Below are positions 1 to 9,674 of a DNA stretch of 52,835 nucleotides, piece by piece (the stretch's first letter is position 1; every line of letters begins with the position of its first letter). The position numbers were made by a program, and so were the translations under genes. The notes below the pieces were generated by a model. It saw nothing but the letters and a program-made list of their open reading frames with translations, ran no database searches and was not told where the DNA came from. Source of the DNA: Deferribacterales bacterium (GTDB taxonomy: Bacteria > Chrysiogenota > Deferribacteres > Deferribacterales > Geovibrionaceae); the NCBI GenBank assembly GCA_050253335.1, contig JBFWJG010000009.1:1-52835 (forward strand), read 5' to 3'.

Positions 1-1959
1 AAGAGATTCGCCAGATTTCACTATACCTTCAAAGACCTCCCTTGTTTACGCCATGACTTCCGCGCCTTCCGCCACCTTCTCTTCCGTGGTTCTCATATCG
101 CCGAGGATTCCGGTTATGTCAGCGTTGAACCCGCCTATTATATCGCCTATATTTTTTGTGGCATTGCGTGTTTTTTCCGCCAGCTTGCGCACCTCATCAG
201 CCACCACGGCAAAGCCTCTGCCGTGCTCCCCTGCCCTTGCCGCCTCTATTGCGGCATTGAGCGCGAGAAGGTTTATCTGGTCGGTGATGTCGTCTATAAC
301 GCTGAGAATGCTCCCCACCTCGCGGGAAGATTCGCCGAAGCGGAGCAGTTTCCCGCCCAGCTGTTCAACGGAATCGCCTATCCCCTCCATCTGATCGGAG
401 AGAACAGTCATATTCTCACGTCCGCCGGATGTGCGTTTCTCTGTTTCCTGAGTAACCTGCCTTGTCAGATCAAGATTGCGGTGCATCTCAAGCCCTGCGG
501 CCTTGACCTTATCCATCTCCCTCAGCAGGAGCGCCAGATTCCCTTCCTGCCTGCCAAGAACTTTTGTAAGCTCTGTCTTTTTGCTGTCAAACTGCCGGAA
601 GTCAGCCTCCGTCCGCACTGAAATTTCATAAATCTTCGTCACAAGTTCATCCAGCCTTTCCAGAAAGCTGTTCATGTGGTTGGATATGTTGGCTATCTCA
701 TCCTTATAAAAAACAGGGATGCGTCTGGAAAGGTCGCTGCCGATGGAGTTTATCTCTTTCCCTATGAAATCCAGCCTCTTAAAGGCTATGCGGTTGAACA
801 TAAGATAAAGAACTGCCAGTATCACAACAAATGTCAGCCCCGCGTAGAAGAAGACACCGCCTATAAGGCTTCTTATCTGCGCCAGCATCTGGCTTCTGTC
901 CATTTTTATAACAACTTCAAAGCTTTTGCCGAGGAACTCTGCTCTCTCCTTGGAGAAAATATAGCCGTTTCGGCCTATGCCTGTTACCTCCTCCGTGAGG
1001 GAATCCTGAGGCAGTGCGGCAAAACTGCCGCTTTCCGCATCGTCCGTGCCTGCGGGCATGTTCATAAGCAGACCTGATTTGTCAAAAAGGCGCAGATAGG
1101 TATGTTCATCTATCCTTTCAGGGAGGAGGGACATGACAGTGTCTCTGCTCAGGGTAACAATCACGATCCCCGTGCGCACATCATCGGCGTTTATGTGTCT
1201 GGCCATATATGCCGCAGGTCTGCCGCCGTCGATCTCAGATATTTCAAAATCGGTAAAAAGAGTCTCAGTAACAGGCATACTCAAAGCCTGCCTGAATGTT
1301 TTGCCAAGAAAAGTGTCCTTGTGAATGCCTGTGCTTATGTTTGTGGCAAAGGCATGGTTCCTGTCGGAAGAGAATACAATTACCCCTTCGCTGTCAATTA
1401 TATACATAGAGGTTATATGATAAGGCTCCATCAAAAGCCGGAAACTGTCGTAATAATTTGAATAGACAAAGTTGAACTCCACGGGAAACTGCATTGTTTC
1501 CATCTCGTCCAGCCCTGCAATGTTTGTATACTGCAGAACAAGCTGGCGGAGGTCCGCATCTGTGGTAAAGTCAGCCTTGTCCATCCAGTTCAGCATCTGC
1601 CTGTTTCCGGTTTTTTCAAAGAACGCCCTCAGCCCGGGCGCCATAAGCTCAGGATCAAGGGAAGGACGCCTGTTCAGCTTGTAATATGCCGAAGCTATGC
1701 TGTAAAAGCCTTCTGTAACATAAGCATTTTTCACAAATCCCGTCAGAAAGCTGTCCACCGAGCCCAAATATCCCGTGAATCTTTCCGACATAACTTCTTT
1801 AAGAATTTCCGCCTGCTGAGCCTTGCTCTTTGCCAGTTCTCTCTTCCCCTTCTGAATCAGCACCGCAGATGAAACAAACGTAATCAGCAGAAGCGAGCAG
1901 ACAAGCATAGCGCTTATCTTCACCTTCAGGCTTAAATTTCTGATTATCCCTTTTTTCAT
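1..1959 (-). pseudogene. Methyl-accepting chemotaxis protein (TM-periplasmic Cache-like-TM-HAMP-MA) with premature in-frame stop at 46-48
   Basis: Signature [36 protein letters not shown] and two TM segments. After TAA at 46-48 the same frame continues MCP-like (TREVFEGIVKSGESL) to the window edge. Confidence 0.75.
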
Positions 1960-1983
1960 GTATATCCCTTCCGTAACTGCTTT

Positions 1984-2043
1984 TGTTATTACAATGTTAT
2001 GAATGGGATCGGAAGTTATCAGAGAAATGTAAAATTAATGCAA
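1984..2043 (-). promoter_or_regulatory. Pho-box-like direct repeats in 11-bp phase upstream of the chemoreceptor
   Basis: Plus-strand TGTTA (1984), TGTTA (1995), TGTAA (2028), TGCAA (2039), all in 11-bp register. Confidence 0.45.
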
Positions 2044-2074
2044 AATATTGATAATTAAGACTTATATAGTATTT

Positions 2075-2101
2075 AAAAAGGCGGGCATTTCTGCGCCGCC
2101 T
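2075..2101 (-). terminator. Intrinsic terminator after phoU
   Basis: Minus strand AGGCGGCGCA-GAAA-TGCCCGCCT followed by T run. Confidence 0.6.
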
Positions 2102-2134
2102 GTACATAGGTGGGGGGGGGTTATGGTTACGGGA

Positions 2135-2809
2135 TTATTTATCTGATTTGATTTCGCCGTCGGGCACGTTTTTAATAACCTTGCCCGTTGCGTAGTAGTA
2201 TGAGTGTTCCGCGATGGTGACAGCGTGATCCGCCGCCCTTTCAAGACATCTGGTGATGAAAATGAAAGATACGGTCTTGTCCGCTCTGTCGCCGAAGGCA
2301 GCCATGTTTTCCACAGCCTTTTTCAGGATTTTCCTATGGAGCCTGTCCACCCTGTCATCCCTTTCTATAATCTCAAGAGCGAGCTTGGCATCGCACTTGT
2401 AAAATGAGTCAATGCTGTCTTTGATCATATTCGCCGTTTCCTTTATCATTTTCGGAAACCGCTTCATGTCAAAATCATAAAGAGGGCCTCCCGCCCGCAT
2501 AACTTCCTTGGCTATGTCGGTGCTGTAGCCTGCTATGGCCTCCAGCTCGCCGACAATGTTGAGAGAAGCTATAACATAGCGCAGGTCGTTGGCCTTCGGT
2601 TCAAAGAGCCCGAGGAGGGAAATGCACACTTTGCTGGATTCCCCTTCCAAGCGGAGGGCGGCCTTGCCCTCTTCCACGATTTTTTTGGCCAAATCCTCGT
2701 CATATCCGTTAAGAAGAACGCTCACATCCTCGACTATGCCGGAAACAAGTCCGGTGAGCATGTTGAGGTTCTCTTTCAGAGCAATATACTGAATCTCAGC
2801 GTTGTTCAT
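2135..2809 (-). CDS. phoU: Phosphate signaling complex protein PhoU
   Basis: PKANDLR, DDRVD and LERAADHA motifs; directly after pstB. Confidence 0.93.
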   Translation of the reverse strand: MNNAEIQYIALKENLNMLTGLVSGIVEDVSVLLNGYDEDLAKKIVEEGKAALRLEGESSKVCISLLGLFEPKANDLRYVIASLNIVGELEAIAGYSTDIAKEVMRAGGPLYDFDMKRFPKMIKETANMIKDSIDSFYKCDAKLALEIIERDDRVDRLHRKILKKAVENMAAFGDRADKTVSFIFITRCLERAADHAVTIAEHSYYYATGKVIKNVPDGEIKSDK

Positions 2810-2822
2810 GCCGCATCCTCCC

Positions 2823-3629
2823 TTAACCGAATCTTCCGGTTACATAATCCTGAGTCTGCTGTTTGTCAGGGTTGGTGAATATCTTCTCCGTCGTGTTGTA
2901 CTCCACCATTTCGCCCATGTAGAAGAAAGATGTGTACTCGGAGATCCTCGCTGCCTGCTGCATACTGTGCGTGACTATGATTATCGTATATTTCTCTTTA
3001 AGCTCGAAGATAAGCTCCTCAATCTTGGCAGTCGCTATGGGGTCAAGTGCCGAGGCGGGCTCATCCATAAGCAGAACATCCGGCTCCATGGCGATTGCCC
3101 TTGCGATGCAGAGCCTCTGCTGCTGACCGCCTGAGAGGGTTGTGGCCATGTTGTCCAGCCTGTCTGAAACCTCGTTCCAGAGACCGGCTCTCCTGAGTGC
3201 GTTTTCCACCAGATCATCCATATCGCGCCCTTTTCTCACTCTTCCGTGAATTTTGGGGGCGTAGGCTATGTTGTCGTATATGCTCTTGGGGAAAGGGTTC
3301 GGCTTCTGGAAAACCATGCCCACTTTGGTGCGTATGTCCACAACATCAATGGCGCTGCTGTAAATATCTGTGTCATCAAGAAGCACATTTCCGTCAACCC
3401 TGATGCCCGGCACAAGGTCGTTCATCCTGTTGAGGCAGCGCAGAAGCGTGGATTTCCCGCAGCCGGACGGCCCGATCATCGCCACAACGTGCTTTTCGGG
3501 GAAGTCGATATTTACATTTTTAAGTGCGTGAAAATCACCGTAATAAAAGTCCAGATCACGCACGGACATTTTGATTTTAAGATCTTTCATCTGTTTGATT
3601 TTTTCAGCGGGAGCCGCCTGTATGCTCAT
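2823..3629 (-). CDS. pstB: Phosphate ABC transporter ATP-binding protein
   Basis: [39 protein letters not shown]-terminal DYVTGRFG. Confidence 0.97.
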   Translation of the reverse strand: MSIQAAPAEKIKQMKDLKIKMSVRDLDFYYGDFHALKNVNIDFPEKHVVAMIGPSGCGKSTLLRCLNRMNDLVPGIRVDGNVLLDDTDIYSSAIDVVDIRTKVGMVFQKPNPFPKSIYDNIAYAPKIHGRVRKGRDMDDLVENALRRAGLWNEVSDRLDNMATTLSGGQQQRLCIARAIAMEPDVLLMDEPASALDPIATAKIEELIFELKEKYTIIIVTHSMQQAARISEYTSFFYMGEMVEYNTTEKIFTNPDKQQTQDYVTGRFG

Positions 3630-3647
3630 AGGATTAAACCTCCGGAA

Positions 3648-4814
3648 TTACCATTTGCGTTCATATTTGTTTCTGAGCCAGATCGCAGCGAAGTTCAGCG
3701 CGAGAAGTACAGTAAGCAGGACAAGAATCCCCGCCGCCGTTCTTTCGACATAAGGGCGCAGGCTCGTTGCCGACCATGTATATATCTGCGCGGGCAGAAC
3801 TGTTGTCGCGCTTGTGACCCCTGTGGGAACATCAGGGATATAAGCCATCATGCCCACTATGAGAAGGGGTGCTGTCTCGCCCATTGCTCTTGCAAGGCCG
3901 ATGATCCAGCCGGTTAGTATCCCGGGCATGGAAACAGGCAGAACATGATGCCACACCACCTGCCAGGGTGAAGCCCCCACGCCGTACGCCCCGTGGCGGA
4001 TTGATTCAGGAACGGCACGCAGAGCCGCCCTTGTGCTTATTATCACAACAGGAAGCGTCATCAGCGCGAGTGTAAGCCCTCCGACAAGTGCAGAAGAACG
4101 GGGCACATTGAAGAAGTTAATGAATATGGCGAGCCCCAGAAGACCGAAAATAATCGAAGGGATCGCTGCGAGGTTGTTGATATTCACCTCTATAAGCTGG
4201 GTGAACTTGTTGTCCGGCGCAAACTCCTCAAGGTATATGGCGGTCATTACCCCAAGGGGAACGCTGAGCAACATTGTGACAATCAGCACCATGACAGAAC
4301 CCATCATAGCGGCGTATATACCCGCTATTTCAGGCATCTTGGAATCACCGGAGGTGAAGAAGCCCTTGTTGAAGGCGAGACGTATTCTGTCCGCCCCCTG
4401 AAGGCTCTTCACATATTCAATATCTCTCTCGCTGAGCCTGTTCGGCTTGCCTTTAAGATACTGATCCACATCCCCCTGCGCCACCACCCAAAGGGTCTGG
4501 GTTGTGTTCATGTATTCGGGATGCTCCTCCACCACCTGAGGGAGTATGCGCAGAAAGCCCCTTGAGAGAACGTTTCTGTCCTCTTTGGAGACTGCCCTTG
4601 TGGGCATCTGAAGCGTATCCTCGTTAAAGGTGACTTCGGCTTTTATCTCTGCCTGAGAGAAGGCCGTGTAGCCTGTTTTCACCATATCGTAAAAAAAGAA
4701 AACAAGAAACAGAACCGCAAGGAGAAGCGCCGCCTTGCCGTAAAGCTGGAAGCGTTTTTCCGCCGCGTATCTTTTCCTGAGCTTTTTGTCATGCTCTTTT
4801 GAATATGCCATCAC
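3648..4814 (-). CDS. pstA: Phosphate ABC transporter permease PstA
   Basis: NLAAIPSIIFGLLGL and ARAMGETAPL; operon position. Confidence 0.95.
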   Translation of the reverse strand: MMAYSKEHDKKLRKRYAAEKRFQLYGKAALLLAVLFLVFFFYDMVKTGYTAFSQAEIKAEVTFNEDTLQMPTRAVSKEDRNVLSRGFLRILPQVVEEHPEYMNTTQTLWVVAQGDVDQYLKGKPNRLSERDIEYVKSLQGADRIRLAFNKGFFTSGDSKMPEIAGIYAAMMGSVMVLIVTMLLSVPLGVMTAIYLEEFAPDNKFTQLIEVNINNLAAIPSIIFGLLGLAIFINFFNVPRSSALVGGLTLALMTLPVVIISTRAALRAVPESIRHGAYGVGASPWQVVWHHVLPVSMPGILTGWIIGLARAMGETAPLLIVGMMAYIPDVPTGVTSATTVLPAQIYTWSATSLRPYVERTAAGILVLLTVLLALNFAAIWLRNKYERKW

Positions 4815-4823
4815 TCCCCCCGT

Positions 4824-6059
4824 TTACTCGTAAATCTTGCGATATCTGCGTACTATGTACGTGGATACAAGGTTGATGATGAAAGTGAACACCAGAAGCA
4901 CAAGCCCCAGACCGAAGGCAGACAAAGTCGCAAGGCTGTCAAAAGCCTGATCGCCCGTGAGTGCGTCAACTATCTGCACAGTAACAGTTGTCATTCCTTC
5001 AAGGGGGTTCCATGTGAGGTTCGGGCGCAGACCTGCTGCCATGACCACTATCATCGTCTCTCCCACGGCGCGGGAAACAGCAAGGAGTATGGCGGAAACT
5101 ATGCCCGGCATGGCGGCGGGGAGAATTATCTGTTTTATCGTTTCGGACTTTGTGGTTCCGAGTGCGAGTCCGCCCTCCCTCAAACTCTGAGGAACGGCGT
5201 TGATAACATCGTCAGAGAGGGACGAGATGAAGGGAATAATCATAATCCCCATCACAAGTCCCGGTGCGAGAGCGTTTGTATAATCGGCGCTGAAGCCGAA
5301 GAAACCGGCTATTTTCACCACAAGCGGGCTTACGGTGAGCGCCGCAAAGAAACCGTAAACAACAGTGGGTATGCCGGCGAGGATTTCCAGAACCGGTTTG
5401 AAAACTTTTCTGAACCTGCTTGAAGCATCCTCCGAAAGAAATATGGCCGCAAAAAGTCCGACAGGAACCGAAACAGAAAGAGCAATAATCGTAATCATGA
5501 ATGTTCCGGCAAATATGGGTGCCGAACCGAATTCAGGCTTGGCGGCATGTTCAGTTTCCCTGCCTGCTCCCTCAAGGAAGGCCGTATCGGGGTTCCATGC
5601 GGTTCCGATAAGGAAATCTATTATGCTTACATGCCTGAAGAAGATGAGCGCCTCAAAAAGAATGGAGAGAACTATGCCTATTGTTGTGAGGATTGAAACC
5701 ATGGAGGCAGTTATCAGCATGTATCTTATATGCTTTTCCACAACAACTCTGGCATTGAGAAGAGGCGAAAACTTTCTTGAGGAGATGACAAAGCCCGCGG
5801 CGGCAAGAATGATACAGCAGGCCGCAAGAACTATGGGGGAGATCTCCGTTATTTTAGTGGTTTTAAGCAAAAGCGCTGCAGTAAGAAGCAGCCACGCAGG
5901 AAGGGTGAACTTTATCACCGCGTACCATGCGTAATGACCGGGTCTTGAGCTGAGCCTCTGCTTTGTATCTTCCCAGACTTTTGCCCTGTAGGCACCGTAT
6001 GCGAAAGACAAGCCAGACAGCACCGCAAGTATTATCATTAATGTAATCAGCATCAGCAA
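4824..6059 (-). CDS. pstC: Phosphate ABC transporter permease PstC (start may be ATG at 6053)
   Basis: LAGIPTVVYGFF and SRAVGETMIV; operon position. Confidence 0.95.
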   Translation of the reverse strand: MLMLITLMIILAVLSGLSFAYGAYRAKVWEDTKQRLSSRPGHYAWYAVIKFTLPAWLLLTAALLLKTTKITEISPIVLAACCIILAAAGFVISSRKFSPLLNARVVVEKHIRYMLITASMVSILTTIGIVLSILFEALIFFRHVSIIDFLIGTAWNPDTAFLEGAGRETEHAAKPEFGSAPIFAGTFMITIIALSVSVPVGLFAAIFLSEDASSRFRKVFKPVLEILAGIPTVVYGFFAALTVSPLVVKIAGFFGFSADYTNALAPGLVMGIMIIPFISSLSDDVINAVPQSLREGGLALGTTKSETIKQIILPAAMPGIVSAILLAVSRAVGETMIVVMAAGLRPNLTWNPLEGMTTVTVQIVDALTGDQAFDSLATLSAFGLGLVLLVFTFIINLVSTYIVRRYRKIYE

Positions 6060-6092
6060 TGCGCTCCGATGTAGTTTATGTTTTTACGCGAC

Positions 6093-6121
6093 AAAACGGA
6101 TCGGAATTTTATCCGATCCGT
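6093..6121 (-). terminator. Perfect 10-bp stem-loop between pstS and pstC (partial terminator or mRNA stabiliser)
   Basis: ACGGATCGGA-N6-TCCGATCCGT followed by a short T run on the minus strand. Confidence 0.6.
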
Positions 6122-6147
6122 CCTGAGCTTGTTTTTATGGCAGAGTC

Positions 6148-7161
6148 TTATTTCACATCGTTAAGTGTAAGGCCTTTGCGGGCTTTCCAGTCTGCTCTTA
6201 CTTTCTCTCTTTCTGTTTTAGAAAGGGGGATAAGACCGATTTCAGTAAGGAAGCCGCCTTCGCCTATCATTTTCTCGGAAAGGAACAGATCAACATACTG
6301 CTCGATGCCTTTTATTTTGCCGAGGTGGTCGCCCTTCACATAGAAGAAAAGGCTTCTTGATATGGGGTATGAACCGTTAAGCACGTTCTCGGGAGAGGGG
6401 AGAACACCGTCAACGCTGACGCCTTTGATTCTGTCTGCGTTTTCCTGAAGGAAGCTGTAGCCGAAGATTCCTATGGCATTTTTGTCTTTAACAAGTCTCT
6501 GAACTATGAGGTTGTCGTTCTCGCCTGAGGGAACATATACGCCGTCCTGACGGATTTTTTTGTAACCTTTGCCGTATTCTTTGATTTTGCCTGTTGCGCC
6601 TTCCATAACAAGCTCCTCGAAAGCGTCACGAGTGCCTGATGATGTGGGAGGGCCGTAAACAAGGATGTCCATAGCGGGAAGGCTTTTATCTATGTCAGAC
6701 CATTTTTTGTAGGGGTTCTTTACAAGCTGACCGTTAACAGGCACTTCTTCCGCAACTGCGAGAGCAAGCTGAGCAAGAGTAACATTGAAGTCTGCCGAGT
6801 TTTTGTTGTGTGCTATCGCGATTCCGTCATAGCCTATTTTAATTTCGATAACCTGCTTGATGCCTGCTTTGAAATCGTTCTCAAGCTCGCTCTTTTTAAT
6901 TCTGCGTGATGAGTTGGCTATATCAGCAGTATCCGCACCCACGCCTGCGGCAAAAAGCTTGTGACCGCCGCCGGAGCCGACTGATTCAACAACGGGTGTG
7001 GGGTTTTTTGTAGTTGCGCCGAATTCTTCAGCAACGTAGCTGGAAAAAGGGAATACGGTGGATGAACCCACAATTCTGATCTGATCGCGCGCGAATGCGA
7101 AACCCGCAGTAAGAGCCGTCATAACAAGGGCGACTGCGATAAGCTTCATAGTTTTCTTCAT
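6148..7161 (-). CDS. pstS: Phosphate ABC transporter substrate-binding protein
   Basis: Signal peptide; IVGSSTV, GSGGG, SSGTRDAF and YPISRSLFFYVK. Confidence 0.95.
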   Translation of the reverse strand: MKKTMKLIAVALVMTALTAGFAFARDQIRIVGSSTVFPFSSYVAEEFGATTKNPTPVVESVGSGGGHKLFAAGVGADTADIANSSRRIKKSELENDFKAGIKQVIEIKIGYDGIAIAHNKNSADFNVTLAQLALAVAEEVPVNGQLVKNPYKKWSDIDKSLPAMDILVYGPPTSSGTRDAFEELVMEGATGKIKEYGKGYKKIRQDGVYVPSGENDNLIVQRLVKDKNAIGIFGYSFLQENADRIKGVSVDGVLPSPENVLNGSYPISRSLFFYVKGDHLGKIKGIEQYVDLFLSEKMIGEGGFLTEIGLIPLSKTEREKVRADWKARKGLTLNDVK

Positions 7162-7214
7162 TTCCTACCTCCAATGAGATGACTTCTAAAGTCAGGTATA
7201 TAAAAAATCATTTT

Positions 7215-7252
7215 TGTGAGGTTCTGATTACGAAAATGTCAGAAAAAAGTTA
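7215..7252 (-). promoter_or_regulatory. Pho box array upstream of pstS
   Basis: Plus-strand TGTGA (7215), GATTA (7226), TGTCA (7237), AGTTA (7248) at exact 11-bp spacing, typical of PhoB/PhoP sites. Confidence 0.6.
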
Positions 7253-7286
7253 AAAAAAAGGCCGCTCCATGAAAATGAAGCGGCCG
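7252..7286 (-). terminator. Intrinsic terminator of the glutamate synthase operon
   Basis: GGCCGCTTCAT-TTTC-ATGGAGCGGCC plus T8 on the minus strand. Confidence 0.8.
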
Positions 7287-7335
7287 CAGTCTGTCGCATA
7301 TTTTATTTCTTTAGATATATAAGCTGTTTAGATAC

Positions 7336-9663
7336 CTAGCTTTCCATAAATTTAACTAAGTTATCCGCCATTGTCCATACGCCGCAGGGGCAGACTCCGG
7401 CGCAGATTCCGCATCCGATGCATTTTGAGGCATTTGACACATATTCGAATCTGCCTTCTGATTCAATCCTTGTTATCGCCTGCTGGGGGCAGATGTCACG
7501 GCAGAAGCCGCAGTCACGGCAGAAGCCGCAGCTCATGCACCGCTTGGTTTCGTCCTCGGCGGGCATCTCCTCAAGGCGGGTCTGGTTCATGGGATGATAA
7601 AACTCATCCTTAACCTTGTCCTGCGGAATCATGGGCGCTTTTTTAAACGCGTCCAGAGGTCTGCCTTTCAGCAGTCTGTCTATGTTGATCGCCGCTTTGC
7701 GTCCGTCGCCCAGAGCGTGTGTGAAGAGCCCCTGCTTTATTGCATCGCCGGTGATGAAAACCTTTTCATTCGCAGGGGACTGCATAAACTCGTTCACCAG
7801 CGTCATTCCCCTTTCATTCAGGTATTCCCTACCCAGGAAAGAGACATCCGGTCTGTCACCTATGGAGATTATAACTGTGTCCGCCTCTATGAATGAGCCG
7901 TCCTTGAAATGAACGCCCTTTTCCGTCACTTTTTCAGTGAACACAGGCCAGAGGATCTTCGCGCCGAGTTTTTCGGCGTGTTCAATCTCTTTCTCAAAGG
8001 CGGCGGGTTTCTGTATATCCACTGCGGTGACTTCCTCAGCACCCATCTGATAAGCGCCTATGACAACATCCATAGCGGCGTTGCCGGCGCCTATCACCAC
8101 AACCTTTTTACCCACCGGGGGCTTCTCGCCCTTGTTGATTTTTTTGAGGAAATCAAGACCCTTCACGAGCCTCTCGTGCCCCTCAAAAGGAATAACCACA
8201 GGGTTGTGAGCGCCCACGGCAACCACAACCGCATCGTATTTTCCGCAGAGTTCCGCGAACATATCTTTATCAACACGGGTGTCTGTCTTAACATTCACAC
8301 CTGTATCAAGTATTCTTTTTATCTCTGCGCTGAGAACATCTCTCGCCAGTCTGTCTTCGGGGATAACCTGCATCAGCTTTCCGCCGATCACGCTGTCCGC
8401 CTCAAGTATGTCAACGGCGTACCCCATCCTTTTCAGGTGAAACGCCGCAGTGAGACCGGCGGCGCCCGCGCCTATCACAGCCACCCTGCATCCGTTAGCG
8501 GCAGCGGCATCAGGAAGTTTGACATCCCTGCTGAGCATACCCATTTCCTTTATCTTGACAGGCACATCAACATTAAGCCTGCTGCATTCATCCTGACAGA
8601 GGTTCGGGCAGACCTGTCCGCACACGGAAGCGGGGAACGGGCTGTGCTCAAGCACAAGTTCCAGAGCCTCCTTGACCTTGCCCTGACGGAGCAGAGCTAT
8701 CCTCTTCTGCGTGGGGATAAACACGGGGCAGTTATATTCGCACGGAGCGGAGTATTTCGCATTGCGCCATTCGGGTATGCGAAGCCTGTTTGCTCCGGTT
8801 TCCACATAGTCGGTAACTTTGAAGTCTTCCTGAACCAGATCCCCGAAGATACCGCCTTCCACCCATTTTTTCAGGCGGAAATCCCTTGCGGACATATATC
8901 TGACTTCGTGCCTTTCCTCATGGGTCTTGGCTACTATTTTATGCCACTGCCCCATATCGGAAAGTTCTTTATAAATTTCAGGTTTCTCTATCTTTTCAAG
9001 AAAAACACTGAGCCCTTTCGTGAGAAATTCCCTGTCCGCCTCATCAAGTTCCAGCATCCAGACTTCGTCCGAAAGCCCGCTCACATGACCGCGCACATAC
9101 ACGATTCCGCCCACCATGCCGACACAGCTTCTGTCACCGAGGACGGATTCGCCCTCCGCAACACCGTAACCGCAGACAATGGCGTAGCCGCCGCCCATAA
9201 ACTCAAAGCTGAATGAGCCTACTCTTTTCAGCACCCAGAACTCGGGAGCAGGGTAGCGGGGGTCATATTTCATGAGCGCGCCGGAGCGTGTTCCGGTTTT
9301 GCCCGCAACATATATTCTGCCGGAAGCGGCGCAGTGCGCTGTTGTATCGCCGCCGTCACCCTTGAGGATTATTTCGGCTCCGGCGTTCAGCCAGCCCACG
9401 TCAGCAGGTGCTGAGCCCTCGACTATCACCGTGGTTCCGGGCATACCCATTGAACCGACCCTCTGGCCGGGGTTTTTCACCTTGAATGTAAGGTGTTCGC
9501 CGTTCTCAGCCCAAAGAGCGCCGCCTATGTTGTGCTGACCGGATGCGTCAACATCAAACTCGCGAATGCCTGCGTCAAGGTCTTTGTATATCTCTTTAAG
9601 AAGGCTCTGGGTTGAAACCCTTTTATCGTTTATTACGCCTTTGATATGTGTTTTTCCACTCAT
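7336..9663 (-). CDS. Glutamate synthase component: GXGXG domain fused to a GltD-like FAD/NAD(P) oxidoreductase with C-terminal 2x[4Fe-4S]
   Basis: N-terminal GXGXG beta-helix (FSFEFMGGG); CEYNCP...CGQVCPNLCQDEC; GAGAAG and GAGNAAMD; CIGCGICAGVCP. ATG at 9663 chosen as start. Confidence 0.85.
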   Translation of the reverse strand: MSGKTHIKGVINDKRVSTQSLLKEIYKDLDAGIREFDVDASGQHNIGGALWAENGEHLTFKVKNPGQRVGSMGMPGTTVIVEGSAPADVGWLNAGAEIILKGDGGDTTAHCAASGRIYVAGKTGTRSGALMKYDPRYPAPEFWVLKRVGSFSFEFMGGGYAIVCGYGVAEGESVLGDRSCVGMVGGIVYVRGHVSGLSDEVWMLELDEADREFLTKGLSVFLEKIEKPEIYKELSDMGQWHKIVAKTHEERHEVRYMSARDFRLKKWVEGGIFGDLVQEDFKVTDYVETGANRLRIPEWRNAKYSAPCEYNCPVFIPTQKRIALLRQGKVKEALELVLEHSPFPASVCGQVCPNLCQDECSRLNVDVPVKIKEMGMLSRDVKLPDAAAANGCRVAVIGAGAAGLTAAFHLKRMGYAVDILEADSVIGGKLMQVIPEDRLARDVLSAEIKRILDTGVNVKTDTRVDKDMFAELCGKYDAVVVAVGAHNPVVIPFEGHERLVKGLDFLKKINKGEKPPVGKKVVVIGAGNAAMDVVIGAYQMGAEEVTAVDIQKPAAFEKEIEHAEKLGAKILWPVFTEKVTEKGVHFKDGSFIEADTVIISIGDRPDVSFLGREYLNERGMTLVNEFMQSPANEKVFITGDAIKQGLFTHALGDGRKAAINIDRLLKGRPLDAFKKAPMIPQDKVKDEFYHPMNQTRLEEMPAEDETKRCMSCGFCRDCGFCRDICPQQAITRIESEGRFEYVSNASKCIGCGICAGVCPCGVWTMADNLVKFMES

Positions 9664-9674
9664 TTCAGCACCAC

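Noticed and set aside
2112..2120. G9 tract as a phase-variation switch
   Set aside because: Lies in the phoU 3' UTR before the terminator, not in a promoter or CDS
7909..9216. 435-aa plus-strand ORF and similar long antisense ORFs (e.g. 29873-30670, 31043-31780)
   Set aside because: Shadow frames opposite well-supported genes, with no recognisable motifs
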